From the NCBI GenBank assembly GCA_966212465.1, contig CBIHRK010000002.1, positions 28,806 to 92,805 on the forward strand: DNA of 64,000 bases, given 5' to 3'. Every line of letters starts with the position of its first letter. Position 1 is the stretch's first letter. Below are positions 39,011-49,283 of the stretch, in pieces. A program made the translations under genes and the position numbers. Below the pieces are notes generated by a model. It had not been told where the DNA came from. It worked only from the letters and a program-made list of their open reading frames with translations, and did not search any database. The DNA is from an uncultured Lacisediminihabitans sp. GTDB lineage: Bacteria; Actinomycetota; Actinomycetes; Actinomycetales; Microbacteriaceae.

Positions 39011-40429
39011 TTATGCGTGGTCGTGCCCGTAGTGCTCGTGAGACGGCTTGCGTCCGTGGCTGTCCTTGCCGCCGGAGGCGCCGTGGCTGTGGCCCGCGTT
39101 CGCCTCGCTGATGAGGCTGGCCGCGTCAGACGTGTCGAACTCGTCGGTCTCGGTGACGGACGCGGTGAACGGCGTCACGTCGACATCCTTGCCGTTGGTG
39201 TCTTTGACCTTGGCCTTCGAGAGCACGGTAGCGAGCGCCTTGCCGCGGGCGACCTCACCGATCATGCCGGGGATCTGGCCGTTCTCGTCGAGCACCTTGA
39301 TGAACTCGCCGGGCTCCATGTTGTACTGCGCGGCGCCCTGCACGAGGTACTGGGTGAGTTCGTTCTGGCTCACCCGCACGCCCTCCTGCTCGGCGATCGA
39401 GTCCAGCAGGATCTGGCTGCGGAAGGTCTTCTCGCTCGACTCGGTGACCTCAGCGCGGTGCACGTCGTCGTCGAGACGGTTCTCGTTCTCGAGGTGGCGG
39501 TGCACCTCGTCGAGCACGAGCTGCTCCGGAACGGGGATCTCGACGGTCTCGAGAAGCTTGTCCACGATCTGGTCGCGCGCCTGAGCGCCCTGGCCGAACA
39601 CCTTCGAGCGCTCGATCTGGCCGCGGATATCTTCCTTCAGCTCTGCGAGGGTGTCGAACTGGCTGGCGATCTGGGCGAAGTCGTCGTCGGCGGTGGGAAG
39701 CTCGCGCTCCTTCACGGCGAGGAGCGTGACGGTGATCTCCGCCGCCTGGCCCTCGTTGTCGCCGCCGAGCAGCTTCGCCTCGAAGACGGTGGTCTCGCCG
39801 GCGCTGAGCCCGTCGAGTGCCTCGTCGATGCCGTCGATGAGGTCACCCGATCCGACCTCGTAGGAGATCGCATTGGCGGTGTCGACCTCGTTGCCGTCGA
39901 TCTTGGCGACCAGGTCGATCTGGGCGAAGTCACCGGTCTTGGCGGGCCGGTCGACGGTGATGAGGGTGCCGAAGCGCTCCAGCAGCGCGTTGAGCTCGTT
40001 GTCGATGTCCTCGTCGGTGACCTCGATCGGGTCGACCGTGAGCTCGAGCCCGTCCAGCGCCGGGATGGTGAAGTCGGGGCGCACGTCGACCTCGACGGTG
40101 ACCTCCAGGTTGCCGCTGAAGTCCTTCACGCTCGGGAGCCCGGTGATGTCGGCCTCGGGGCGACCCAGCGGCTTGATCTTCTGCTCCTCGACCGCCTCGC
40201 GGTAGAACTTGTCGAGCCCATCGCTCACCGCGTGGTTGAGCACCTCTTCGCGGCCCACGCGCTGGTCGATGATGGGCGGCGGCACCTTGCCCTTGCGGAA
40301 GCCGGGGATGTTGATGGACTCCGCGATGTGGCCGTAGGCGTGGTCGATGCTCGGCTTGAGCTCCTCGGGGGTGACTGAAATGCTCAGCTTCACGCGCGTG
40401 GGGGTCAGCTTCTCAACCGTGGTCTTCAC
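39011..40429 (-). CDS. tig: Trigger factor with His-rich C-terminal tail
   Basis: [18 protein letters not shown] ribosome-binding signature, FKBP domain; GTG start at 40429. Confidence 0.96.
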   Translation of the reverse strand: MKTTVEKLTPTRVKLSISVTPEELKPSIDHAYGHIAESINIPGFRKGKVPPPIIDQRVGREEVLNHAVSDGLDKFYREAVEEQKIKPLGRPEADITGLPSVKDFSGNLEVTVEVDVRPDFTIPALDGLELTVDPIEVTDEDIDNELNALLERFGTLITVDRPAKTGDFAQIDLVAKIDGNEVDTANAISYEVGSGDLIDGIDEALDGLSAGETTVFEAKLLGGDNEGQAAEITVTLLAVKERELPTADDDFAQIASQFDTLAELKEDIRGQIERSKVFGQGAQARDQIVDKLLETVEIPVPEQLVLDEVHRHLENENRLDDDVHRAEVTESSEKTFRSQILLDSIAEQEGVRVSQNELTQYLVQGAAQYNMEPGEFIKVLDENGQIPGMIGEVARGKALATVLSKAKVKDTNGKDVDVTPFTASVTETDEFDTSDAASLISEANAGHSHGASGGKDSHGRKPSHEHYGHDHA

Positions 40430-40472
40430 GATGGTTCTCCTGGTGGGTCGATGGGGGGAAAAAGGATGTCCG

Positions 40473-40546
40473 TCGGGATGACAGGAGTCGAACCTGCGAC
40501 ATCTCGGCCCCAAACCGAGCACTCTACCAAGCTGAGCTACATCCCG
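40473..40546 (-). tRNA. tRNA-Pro(UGG)
   Basis: Cloverleaf CGGGATG...CATCCCGA; anticodon arm CTCGG-TTTGGGG-CCGAG; TTCGA T-loop; no encoded CCA. Confidence 0.93.
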
Positions 40547-40675
40547 ATGCCGCATGCCCAGCGGTGGCCGGGCCAAAATGGGCCTTGGCAAGTCTAGCCC
40601 TCCGCGGGCGGCATGGCCCTGTCGGATGCCACGACCTCCCCGCGGCGTCCGGTACAGTATTCATCGGACCCACCC

Positions 40676-40749
40676 GGGGATGTAGCTCAATGGTAGAGCC
40701 TCAGTCTTCCAAACTGATCACGCGAGTTCGATTCTCGTCATCCCCTCCA
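40676..40749 (+). tRNA. tRNA-Gly(UCC)
   Basis: GGGGATG...CATCCCCTCCA; anticodon arm TCAGT-CTTCCAA-ACTGA; encoded CCA. Confidence 0.96.
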
Positions 40750-40756
40750 CGCTCTC

Positions 40757-40790
40757 GAACGAAGGCCCGGCATACGTCGGGCCTTCGTTC
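40757..40790 (+). terminator. Hairpin after tRNA-Gly
   Basis: GAACGAAGGCCCG/CGGGCCTTCGTTC, 13-bp stem. Confidence 0.75.
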
Positions 40791-40882
40791 GTTCTACCCC
40801 CACATCAGCATGAGCGCTGGGGCTATGCGACGAGTTTCCCCCCCCCTGCCGGTGCACCGACCGAGTCGCGCCTCACGCCTCC

Positions 40883-41128
40883 TCAAGTGATGAGGAAGAC
40901 GACCAGAAGGATGAGGCCGACGATGATCACGACGATGTTGCCAAGTCCGGCGATCGACCCGAGGGGACTGGCCGCGGGGAGCAGGCTGTGCATGAAGATA
41001 CTCGGATCAGTGGCGGCGTGGATGAGGATCGGCGCGATCAGTGTGCGCGTGACGCAAAGCGCGAGGTACATGCAGAATCCGAAGAAGAACGTGGAGACCA
41101 GCTGGATCAGCGTCGGCCCCAGAACCAA
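40883..41128 (-). pseudogene. 3' fragment of a CPBP (Abi/CAAX) intramembrane protease gene
   Basis: C-terminal CPBP-like motif FFFGFCMYLALCVTRTLIAPILIHAATD; the EE and F..LH motifs are missing; in-frame stop ~15 codons upstream. Confidence 0.6.
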
Positions 41129-41343
41129 TCGCTCAGCGAGTCGAACTACGTTCAGATAACTCTCGCGTTCGGGTCAGTTCAAGCCCGACCGAGAAACTGC
41201 GTCACACCACGGATCGCGTCCTTCCAGCCCGTCCTTGCGCCCGCCCCATGCCGCCGATTAGCGTCGTAGGACTCGCGACAGACGTGACCAGCACTCACTC
41301 GCCGATCACGGGACCGGGTCGCGGCTGACGAAAGGGCAGTACC

Positions 41344-42120
41344 GTGCGCGTCAAACCTCGGGTGTGGATCGGGTTCGCGATCTGGGTCGGCTATCTCATC
41401 GTGATCGTCGCGGTGACCAAGCTCATGGGGGTGCCGTTCCCCAAGATCGGCACCACGGCCGAGAACACCTGGAAGGGCGCGGTGGCCGACCTCGCCGTCG
41501 CTGCGGTGCTTCTCGTCATCACCACGGCCGCCCTCGGATGGTGGCGACCCGCGCTCTTCGAACGCAGGCGGTCGCACCACAAGTGGCCCATCTTCGTGCC
41601 CATCGTCATGCTGCTCGTAGCGATCGCCAACCTCGCCACCACCGACTGGTCGAAGTTCGACGCATCCTTCGTGCTCTCCCTGGTCTGCCTGGGCGTGCTG
41701 GTGGGCTTCAACGAGGAGATCCTCGCGCGCGGCCTCCTGCTCACGGCATTCCGGTCACGCCTCCGGGAGGGGTGGGTGTGGTTCCTGTCGAGCCTGCTCT
41801 TCGGCGCGATGCACCTGCTCAACATCGCCCTGGGAGCCCCGGCATCGGGCACGCTCTCCCAGGTCGTCCTCGCGTTCGCCTCGGGCACCGCGTTCTATAT
41901 CGTCAGGCGCGTCACCGGATCGCTGATCTGGGCCATGCTCCTGCACGGCATCTGGGACGCCTCCGTCTTCTCCGTCGGGCACGCCGCGCTCGGCACGCCG
42001 TACGCCGGTATCCTGGCGCCGCTCGTGGGAGTGCTGGCCGTCGCGGTGGTCTTCTGGGTCATCAAAGGCACCGACGAGAAGCCGGTGGATGCCCCGGCCC
42101 TCGCCACCGCAACGGCCTAG
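41344..42120 (+). CDS. CPBP family intramembrane glutamic endopeptidase
   Basis: VGFNEEILARG, SLLFGAMHLLN, MLLHGIWD. Confidence 0.9.
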   Translation: MRVKPRVWIGFAIWVGYLIVIVAVTKLMGVPFPKIGTTAENTWKGAVADLAVAAVLLVITTAALGWWRPALFERRRSHHKWPIFVPIVMLLVAIANLATTDWSKFDASFVLSLVCLGVLVGFNEEILARGLLLTAFRSRLREGWVWFLSSLLFGAMHLLNIALGAPASGTLSQVVLAFASGTAFYIVRRVTGSLIWAMLLHGIWDASVFSVGHAALGTPYAGILAPLVGVLAVAVVFWVIKGTDEKPVDAPALATATA

Positions 42121-42227
42121 GCGTTATCCACTCCTCCCCCGTCTCGAGTTCCCACATGCGGGCGACGAACCCGTTCGGCGGGCTGTGCAACCACTAACCT
42201 GATCGCACAGACCACCAGGGGGCACCG

Positions 42228-44858
42228 ATGGCCGAGGAACAGAAGGACTACCGGGCGCACGCCGGGTACGTGCTCTTTCCGCGCTCTCCGGGCGATCTCA
42301 CCTCAGTCGCCGCGTGCCCGGCCTGTTTCACTCCGATCGACGGGCCCACGTGTCGCGTCTGCGGTCTCGATCTCGCGCACCCGGCAGCGGCCGAGCTGGC
42401 CGCGCTGTCGCAGGATGCCGCGGCGCTCCTCGATCGCCGCCTCGATCTCATCGGCCGCATCCGCTACGAGACCGAGCCGGCCGGCGGCGAGCGCCCCTCC
42501 GGCGAACCTTCTCCACCCGAGCGGGCCGACGCAGCCCCCGGCACACCTCAGGCGTCGCCGCCCGCGCGCCGATCGGGCGTGCAGGTCGTGCTGCTCGTCG
42601 TCGGGGTCGCGCTGCTCTCCGTCGCCGCGATCTTCTTCCTGGTGTACGCCTTCATCGTGTTCGGACTCGTTGCGCGCACGGCCATCGTGGGGACTGCGAC
42701 GATCGCCTCTATCGCGGCGGCGGTGCTGCTGAGGCGGCGACTTCCTGCGACCGCGGAAGGCATAGCCGCGCTCTCGGTGGTGCTCGTGCACCTCGACATC
42801 TGGGCGATCCAGGCGAACGACTTCTTCGCCGCAGGCTCGGCCGACTCCGCGACCTACTGGGGCTCCGCCCTCGTGCTCACGGGTGCGATCGGCATCATCT
42901 GGGCCCGCTTCGGCGGTCCGCGAGCGTGGGGCGTCGCGGGAGCGATCGTCATCGGAACGGGTCTGGGGCTGCTCGTCGGACGACTCGCGGATCGGGCGGT
43001 CGGCGGATGGGCGCCGTTCGCGTTCGCCGCCGCGCTGGCCCTCAGCGGCGTCATCCATCGGGTCGTGAAGCGACCGGAGCAGCGCGCGATACTGCTGTGT
43101 ATCGGCGGCGCGGGAATGGTGCTCACGTCGATCGGCGTCGTGCTCATGCCCGTGCTCGTGACGCGAACCGCAGGCGAGAACCTGGTGGTCGCCCTCGTGC
43201 TCGCGGCGGTGGGCACGGCGAACGTCGTCGCCGCAGGCGCCTCGGCGCGCACCACCGCGCTGCTGTTCGCGAGCGCGGCGGCGGTCGCGCCCGCGCTCGT
43301 GCTCGCGGGGCGGGCGGCGCTGCTCGCCGCGGCCGGCCTCGGGCAGTCCTGGTCGTTCGGCGCCTCGGACACGCTCATCCCCTCCGGTGGCATCGATGGT
43401 CCCGGTGCCGTGGCTTTCACGAGCCTCGTGGCGCTCGTGCTACTCATCGCGGGACTGGTCGCCGCGGGCCGCTGGTCGATCGCTCCGCTCGACCGACCGT
43501 TCGGCATCGTGATCGCCGTCAGCTCCCTGCTCGTGCTCGCGGGCGGTGTGATCGAGCCGATCTTCGCCGAGCAGGCCTGCTGGACCCTCGTGGGTCTCGC
43601 CGCGCTCGTTCTCGGCATCGTGCTGCGTCGTCGCCTCGCGCCGCGATCCCGGCTCCTCGCGGGTCTCGCCGCGCTCGTTCCCCTCGGCCTCTCCTACTGT
43701 GTCGGGTGGGCCACCCTGCAGACCTGGCAGGGTCCGACCGTCCTCGCGATCGCCGCCCTCATCCTGGTGCGGATGCTGCTCCGGAGCGCCAGAACCAAGG
43801 CCGCGACACTGCTCGCCGCGATCGTGCTCCTCGTGGTGTGCGCGGGCGCGGGAGCACGCGCGCTGGCCCTGCCGCTGAGACCGGGGGTGGCGGCGGATGC
43901 CGTGAACGCCGCGCATGCCACCGGATTCATCAGCATCCTGCTGCTCGGAGCCGCGGCCTACATCGTGGGTGCCCCCATCAGCACCCTCGATCGTCGGGTG
44001 GCGTTCTGGCTGCCCCTCGGCGCGATCGCGGTGAGTACCGCCATCACCCAGATCCTGCTCCCCCTCGGCGTGCCGGTCAGCTCGCTGCTGCTCCCCGAAT
44101 ACGTCACGAGTCTGCTCGTGAGCCTGTTCCTCATCGCTGCGCTCGCATCGTGGGCGGTGTCCGCCGCGACCGCCGCGTATGCCGCGGAGCGCGCCGCTGC
44201 GGTCGGCGCACTCCCGGTGGCGCTCGCTCTGCTCGTCGACGGCCTGGCGCGCACCATCGGAGTCGAATCGGTGCAGCGCGCCGTGGCGATCGTGCTCGTG
44301 CTCAGCGTCGCGCACCTGGCCGCGCGCCTCTCCTCCCTGCCTCACCGCCGGGTGGCCGCGGGCTCCGCCATCGTCACCGCGGCGGCCGCCGGACTGTACG
44401 AGTTCGCGATCGGCGAGCTCACGCCCCTGGAGTGGGCGACGGTTCCCGTCGGGCTCGCGTTGATCGCGACGGGAGCGCTGCACCTCGTTCGCACCCCCGA
44501 GGCGCGCAGCTGGGCCTGGCTCGCCCCGGGCACGGCCATGCTGCTCCTGCCGAGCCTCATCGCCACCGCGTTCGACCGGCCGCTGTGGCGTCTCGTCGCG
44601 CTCGGGGTCACCGGCGTCGCCATCATCGTGGTCGCGGCCGTGCTCCGCCTTCAGGCCCCGCTCGTCCTCGCGTCGGTCGTGGTGCTCGTGCACGCCGTCG
44701 CCACCTTCGCCCCGCAGATCCGAGCCGTCTACGAACTCGTCGAGTGGTGGGTCTGGATCGCGATCGGCGGCGCGATCCTGCTCGCCCTGAGCATCCGGTT
44801 CGAGGCGACCAGACGGGGCGTCAGCGGGTTCGCGCGAAGAATAGGCGCACTCCGCTGA
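42228..44858 (+). CDS. Large polytopic membrane protein (SCO7613-like C-terminus) with N-terminal zinc ribbon
   Basis: CPACF...CRVCG, many TM helices, SWAWLAPG...WRLV...GGAILL C-terminal motif. Confidence 0.75.
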   Translation: MAEEQKDYRAHAGYVLFPRSPGDLTSVAACPACFTPIDGPTCRVCGLDLAHPAAAELAALSQDAAALLDRRLDLIGRIRYETEPAGGERPSGEPSPPERADAAPGTPQASPPARRSGVQVVLLVVGVALLSVAAIFFLVYAFIVFGLVARTAIVGTATIASIAAAVLLRRRLPATAEGIAALSVVLVHLDIWAIQANDFFAAGSADSATYWGSALVLTGAIGIIWARFGGPRAWGVAGAIVIGTGLGLLVGRLADRAVGGWAPFAFAAALALSGVIHRVVKRPEQRAILLCIGGAGMVLTSIGVVLMPVLVTRTAGENLVVALVLAAVGTANVVAAGASARTTALLFASAAAVAPALVLAGRAALLAAAGLGQSWSFGASDTLIPSGGIDGPGAVAFTSLVALVLLIAGLVAAGRWSIAPLDRPFGIVIAVSSLLVLAGGVIEPIFAEQACWTLVGLAALVLGIVLRRRLAPRSRLLAGLAALVPLGLSYCVGWATLQTWQGPTVLAIAALILVRMLLRSARTKAATLLAAIVLLVVCAGAGARALALPLRPGVAADAVNAAHATGFISILLLGAAAYIVGAPISTLDRRVAFWLPLGAIAVSTAITQILLPLGVPVSSLLLPEYVTSLLVSLFLIAALASWAVSAATAAYAAERAAAVGALPVALALLVDGLARTIGVESVQRAVAIVLVLSVAHLAARLSSLPHRRVAAGSAIVTAAAAGLYEFAIGELTPLEWATVPVGLALIATGALHLVRTPEARSWAWLAPGTAMLLLPSLIATAFDRPLWRLVALGVTGVAIIVVAAVLRLQAPLVLASVVVLVHAVATFAPQIRAVYELVEWWVWIAIGGAILLALSIRFEATRRGVSGFARRIGALR

Positions 44859-44980
44859 GTGGCACCGTCCCCTGTTCGGGGGTCTAGGTGTCCCCACTTG
44901 TGGGGACTAACCTCATGTCAACCGCTCCCGAAAGCGCCTTCCCGCGGTGAGGCACCCCCCGAAAACCGGAGTACACACCC

Positions 44981-45142
44981 ATGTCCTCAACCCAAGCAGT
45001 CGCCCCCGCCGGCTGGTACCGTGACCCGCTCGGACTCCCCCAGGTCCGCTGGTGGAACGGGATGAGCTGGACCAACCGCATCGAAGCGCTCCGTCCGGAG
45101 ATCCAGTACACGGAGCCCAACCGGGCGCTCGTCGCCAGCTGA
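44981..45142 (+). CDS. Stand-alone DUF2510 microprotein (53 aa), missed by the ORF track
   Basis: APAGWYRDPLG...VRWWNGMSWT; GGAG SD upstream. Confidence 0.8.
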   Translation: MSSTQAVAPAGWYRDPLGLPQVRWWNGMSWTNRIEALRPEIQYTEPNRALVAS

Positions 45143-45151
45143 CCTCGCGCG

Positions 45152-45805
45152 TCAGCGCTGAAGCCAGGCGAGCACCGCGAGCACCCTGCGGTGGTCCGAC
45201 CCGGAGTCGTCGAGCCCCAGTTTCTGGAAGATCGACGAGATGTTCTTCTCGACCGCGCCCGTGCCGATCACGAGCGCCTCGGCGATCGCCGCGTTCGTGC
45301 GACCCTCGGCCATGAGCACGAGCACGTCGCGTTCACGGGCCGTGAGGGTCTCGAGCGGATCGCGGCTGCGGCCGATCAGCTGCGCCACCACGAGCGGGTC
45401 GAGCACGGTTCCCCCGCCGGCGATCCGGTCCAGAGCATCCACCAGTTCGTCGAGTGAGGCCACGCGATCCTTGAGGAGGTAGCCGACCCCGCCGGAACCC
45501 GAGGAGAGCAGCTCCTGCGCGTAGGCCACCTCCACATACTGGGAGAGCAGCAGGATGCCGACCTGCGGAAGAAGACGCCGCGCCTCGAGCGCCGCCCGCA
45601 CCCCCTCGTCGCGGTAGCTGGGCGGCATCCGCACGTCCAGCACCACCACGTCGGGCCGCAGGGCGACGAGATCGGCCAGAAGGCCGACCGCGTCGCCGTA
45701 CGACCCGACGACCTCGTGACCGGCCTCCACGAGCACCCGCACCAGCCCCTCACGGAGCAGGAGCGAGTCGTCGGCCACGGCGATGCGAAGGGGTGAGTCA
45801 GTCAC
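45152..45805 (-). CDS. NarL/LuxR family response regulator
   Basis: IAVADDS, VVVLDVRMPP, LTARERDVLVLMAEG. Confidence 0.95.
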   Translation of the reverse strand: MTDSPLRIAVADDSLLLREGLVRVLVEAGHEVVGSYGDAVGLLADLVALRPDVVVLDVRMPPSYRDEGVRAALEARRLLPQVGILLLSQYVEVAYAQELLSSGSGGVGYLLKDRVASLDELVDALDRIAGGGTVLDPLVVAQLIGRSRDPLETLTARERDVLVLMAEGRTNAAIAEALVIGTGAVEKNISSIFQKLGLDDSGSDHRRVLAVLAWLQR

Positions 45806-45809
45806 GCAC

Positions 45810-47174
45810 TCACCCTAGGGTGACGGGGAGGTTGGCGGTGGCGACGGTGGGGCCGCCTGCAGGACTCGAGATGACGAGCACCCCGCCCAGACCCCGAACG
45901 CGCTCCTCGAGCCCCGCGAGCCCGTGTCCCGGAGTGGCCGCCGCGCCGCCGTGCCCGTTGTCGGTCACGATCACGTCGAGCCAGGTGGCATCCGTCTCGG
46001 GCACCCTGCGCAGCTCGATGGTGAGGCCCACTTCGGTGGCGCGCGAGTGCTTGGCCACGTTGGTGAGCAGCTCGCTGGCGATGAAGTAGGCGTTGCGCGA
46101 GAGCTCCTGCGGCAGGTCCACCCCGGGCTCGATGAGGTTGGTGAACCCGACCGTGACATTGCTGCGCGCCACGAGCGACTCGAGGGCCGCCACCAGGCCG
46201 CGGTCGAGCAGGATGGGCGGCGCGAAGCCCTGCGAGAGCGCACGGAGCTCCTCCAGCGCCTCCTTCGACTGGGCCATGGCACCGTCGATCAGCTCGCGGG
46301 CCGCAGCCGCATCATCCGGAAGCTGGCGCTGAGCGGCGGCCAGGTCCATCTGAAGACGCACGAGACGCTGCTGCGGGCCGTCGTGGATGTCGCGCTCCAG
46401 CCGGCGCAGCGCCGACCCTTCCGCCGCGACCGCCGCGGTGCGGGATGCCGCGAGGTCGGTCACCTGCTGCTGCAGCTGCTTGGTGCGGAACGCGCCGAGC
46501 ATGAGCCGGTCGACCTGGTAGTGCACGAAGACGAAGCCACGCACCACGAAGGGCAGCAGGGCGGTGAGCACCAGTCCGGAGACAACGCTGATGAGAATCG
46601 CGAGCGGGAGCGGGATGTGCACGTAACGGCCGTCCTGGATCTCGTCGAACCCGAAGTGCACGCCGGGGATCGCCCACGCGACGGCGGGGGCGACGACGGC
46701 GGCCAGCGCGGTGACCAGCCAGCTGAACGTGATCGTGATGGTGACGATGCCGAGGATCGGGAGCACCACCATGCCGTGCAGCAGGTAGAGCCAGTAGTGC
46801 GGGTTGCCCAGCACGGTGAAGAACCGCATGAACGCATTCGCCTCCGGCTTCGCGTTCCAGTCGGGCGGGGTGATGGTCTGCGGCTGAGCCCAGCGGATGC
46901 GCACCAGCTCGAGCGCTCCCAGCCATCGGGCACCCCAGAGCGAGGCGATGATGAGGAAGATGCCGACGACGGCGCCGATCAGCCCGACCCCGGCCCAGAA
47001 CAGCGTGTACAGGAGGGCGTAGCCGGTCAGCAGCAGCACGGCGAGCAGGCCGAGGTACCCGAGATCCCGGGGCAGACGCTTCCAGAGACGGCCGTAGCGC
47101 ACGATCGGCGAGGCCCCTTCGTCGGGTCGGGCGGGTGAGGGCATGGAGTCCAGAGTGGCAGATGCTGTTGTCAT
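45810..47174 (-). CDS. Sensor histidine kinase (HisKA_3) with membrane sensor domain
   Basis: LERDIHDGPQQRL, ELLTNVAKHS, DNGHGG, GLAGL. Confidence 0.93.
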   Translation of the reverse strand: MTTASATLDSMPSPARPDEGASPIVRYGRLWKRLPRDLGYLGLLAVLLLTGYALLYTLFWAGVGLIGAVVGIFLIIASLWGARWLGALELVRIRWAQPQTITPPDWNAKPEANAFMRFFTVLGNPHYWLYLLHGMVVLPILGIVTITITFSWLVTALAAVVAPAVAWAIPGVHFGFDEIQDGRYVHIPLPLAILISVVSGLVLTALLPFVVRGFVFVHYQVDRLMLGAFRTKQLQQQVTDLAASRTAAVAAEGSALRRLERDIHDGPQQRLVRLQMDLAAAQRQLPDDAAAARELIDGAMAQSKEALEELRALSQGFAPPILLDRGLVAALESLVARSNVTVGFTNLIEPGVDLPQELSRNAYFIASELLTNVAKHSRATEVGLTIELRRVPETDATWLDVIVTDNGHGGAAATPGHGLAGLEERVRGLGGVLVISSPAGGPTVATANLPVTLG

Positions 47175-47351
47175 GCACCCAAGCCTCGTCAACCCGGGGC
47201 CTCGGCGGCATCCGGCCCACATACCGAATCGATGGGGGGTTAACCCCCGGTAAGGACGACCTGACCGGCCGTTTAGCCGAGCCTCAGCTTGGTTGCGCGG
47301 CGGGAGACGCTGCGCGACCCTGGGGAGACGCACACGAAGGAAGGGCGCATT

Positions 47352-47837
47352 ATGACCGACGTCACCTCAGTCCCCACCACCTCCATCGACCCCGACATCG
47401 CCTCGGGGGTCGCCCAGTTCCTCGGGCCCGTCGTCGTCGACCTGACCGCCCTCGCGGTCGACGGCAAGCAGGCGCACTGGCACGTCCGCGGACCGAACTT
47501 CCAGGCCGTGCACGAGCTGCTCGACGAGGTGGTCGAGCACGCGCGCGAGTATGCGGACACGGCGGCCGAGCGCGTCGTGGCCCTCGGGCTGCCGATCGAC
47601 GCCCGCATCCAGACCGCCGGCTCGACCACGACCACACCGGCCCTCAGCGTGGGCTTCCAGCGTTCCGACGTCGTGATCGCCGAGATCATCGCCTCGATCG
47701 ACGCCACCATGGCGACGATTCGCACCGCGGTCGCCGAACTGGCCGAGCTCGACCCGGTGAGCCAGGATGTCGCGATCGAGATCGCCCGGGGTCTCGAGAA
47801 GGACCGCTGGTTCCTCTTCGCCCACATCAGCCAGTAG
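47352..47837 (+). CDS. dps: Dps family DNA starvation/stationary phase protection protein
   Basis: KQAHWHVRGPNFQAVHELLDE, DTAAERV, LEKDRWFL. Confidence 0.94.
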   Translation: MTDVTSVPTTSIDPDIASGVAQFLGPVVVDLTALAVDGKQAHWHVRGPNFQAVHELLDEVVEHAREYADTAAERVVALGLPIDARIQTAGSTTTTPALSVGFQRSDVVIAEIIASIDATMATIRTAVAELAELDPVSQDVAIEIARGLEKDRWFLFAHISQ

Positions 47838-47852
47838 CGTCGACCGCGTCCC

Positions 47853-49283
47853 TCAGAAGGCGCGCCAGGTCCAGCGACCGGCGAGCAGGGTCCCATCGAC
47901 GGGCATCGACCTGAGTTCGTCGACTCCCGCCGCGCGCGGGTCGATCGAGGTCACCACGAGGTCGGCGGGCTGCCCCACCGCCACGGTGGTGCGGGTGCTC
48001 GCCCGCAGCGCCTCGTCGATCGTCACGGACTGCTCCGGATGCCACGGCTCCAGCCCGTCGCGCGTGCGCCCCACCGCCGCCGCCATGGTCACCCACGGGT
48101 CGAGGGGGGCGACCGGCGAATCGGAACCGAAGAGAAGCCGCGCGCCCGCATCCAGCAGGCTCCGCAACGCGAACGCCCTGCCGGTGCGGCCTGCCCAATA
48201 GCGATCTGCGACGTCCCGATCGTCCATCGCGTGCTCCGGCTGCACGCTCGCGGCGACGCCCAGGGCCGCGAACCGCGCCAGGTCGGCATCGAGCAGTAGC
48301 TGCGCGTGCTCGATGCGACCGCCACGGCCCACCGTCTCGAACGCGTCGAGGGCGAGCCGGTTGGCCTCGTCGCCGATCGCGTGCACCGCCGGGATCAGCC
48401 CGGCGTCCGTGGCGCGCTTCAACTCCCGCACCAGCAGGTGCGGAGGCACCGTGAGCACCCCGCGGGCGTCCGGACCGCTGAGGCCCGGATAGTCGTGCGC
48501 GCAGTAGGCGGTCCGGGTGTTCAGGGAGCCGTCGGTGAGCACCTTCCACGGCCCGACCCGGATCAGCCCCGTGCCGTCGAGGGGCTGCCCGGTGCGCAGC
48601 CCCGCGGCGATCGCGCAGTCGAGGAACTCGGTGTAGACGCCCGCGTCCACCCGAATCGCATCGAACCCCTCCCGCGTGCGCCGCGGCCAGTCCGCGAGAT
48701 TGTCGGCCATCTCGAAATCGACCACGCCGACCACACCGCGGGATGCCGCCGCCGAAGCCGCAGCCGCGACCCAGTCGTCGACGAGCCCTGCGGGAACCTC
48801 CTGCAGGGCCGCGGTGACGGGGAACGCGTCATCCTCGCGGAGCACGCCCGTGGGATGCCCGGCGTGGCCGAACCGGTGAAGCGCGGCCGAATTGAGCCAG
48901 ACGCAGTGCAGGTCGCCGCTCACCAGCACGGCGGGGACATCGGGCACGTAGCCGTCGAGCAGACGGGCGGTGGGCTGGTCGGGCCACAGGCCGTCGCGGA
49001 ACCCGAACCCGACGAGGGGCACTCCCCCGCCGGGGCGCGGTGACGACGCGAGCGTCTCGGCGGCCTCAGCGGCGGACGCGGCTGCCGAGACATCCACGCG
49101 CCGCGACGCCAGGGCGGTCTGGGCGAGGTGCACATGCTCGTCCCACAGGCCGGGGATGACGTGCCGGCCCTCGAGGTCGAGTCCGGGCCGGTCGGTGCGG
49201 CCCAGGGCCACGATCCGGCCGTCCTCGATCGCGATGTCGGTGCGCTCACCCTCGATGGTCGCGTTGCGGAGCACCAGCGTCAT
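47853..49283 (-). CDS. Amidohydrolase family protein (YtcJ-like)
   Basis: PGLWDEHVH, DGSLNTRTA, VHAIGD, RIEHAQ, FGSDSPV. Confidence 0.9.
   Translation of the reverse strand: MTLVLRNATIEGERTDIAIEDGRIVALGRTDRPGLDLEGRHVIPGLWDEHVHLAQTALASRRVDVSAAASAAEAAETLASSPRPGGGVPLVGFGFRDGLWPDQPTARLLDGYVPDVPAVLVSGDLHCVWLNSAALHRFGHAGHPTGVLREDDAFPVTAALQEVPAGLVDDWVAAAASAAASRGVVGVVDFEMADNLADWPRRTREGFDAIRVDAGVYTEFLDCAIAAGLRTGQPLDGTGLIRVGPWKVLTDGSLNTRTAYCAHDYPGLSGPDARGVLTVPPHLLVRELKRATDAGLIPAVHAIGDEANRLALDAFETVGRGGRIEHAQLLLDADLARFAALGVAASVQPEHAMDDRDVADRYWAGRTGRAFALRSLLDAGARLLFGSDSPVAPLDPWVTMAAAVGRTRDGLEPWHPEQSVTIDEALRASTRTTVAVGQPADLVVTSIDPRAAGVDELRSMPVDGTLLAGRWTWRAF

Noticed and set aside
40473-40790. Integrative element or prophage at the tRNA pair
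   Set aside because: No integrase, att duplication or phage genes; only a small decayed fragment.
42124-42132. DnaA-box-like TTATCCACT (a similar one lies at ~3241)
   Set aside because: Isolated imperfect matches with no cluster or oriC context.
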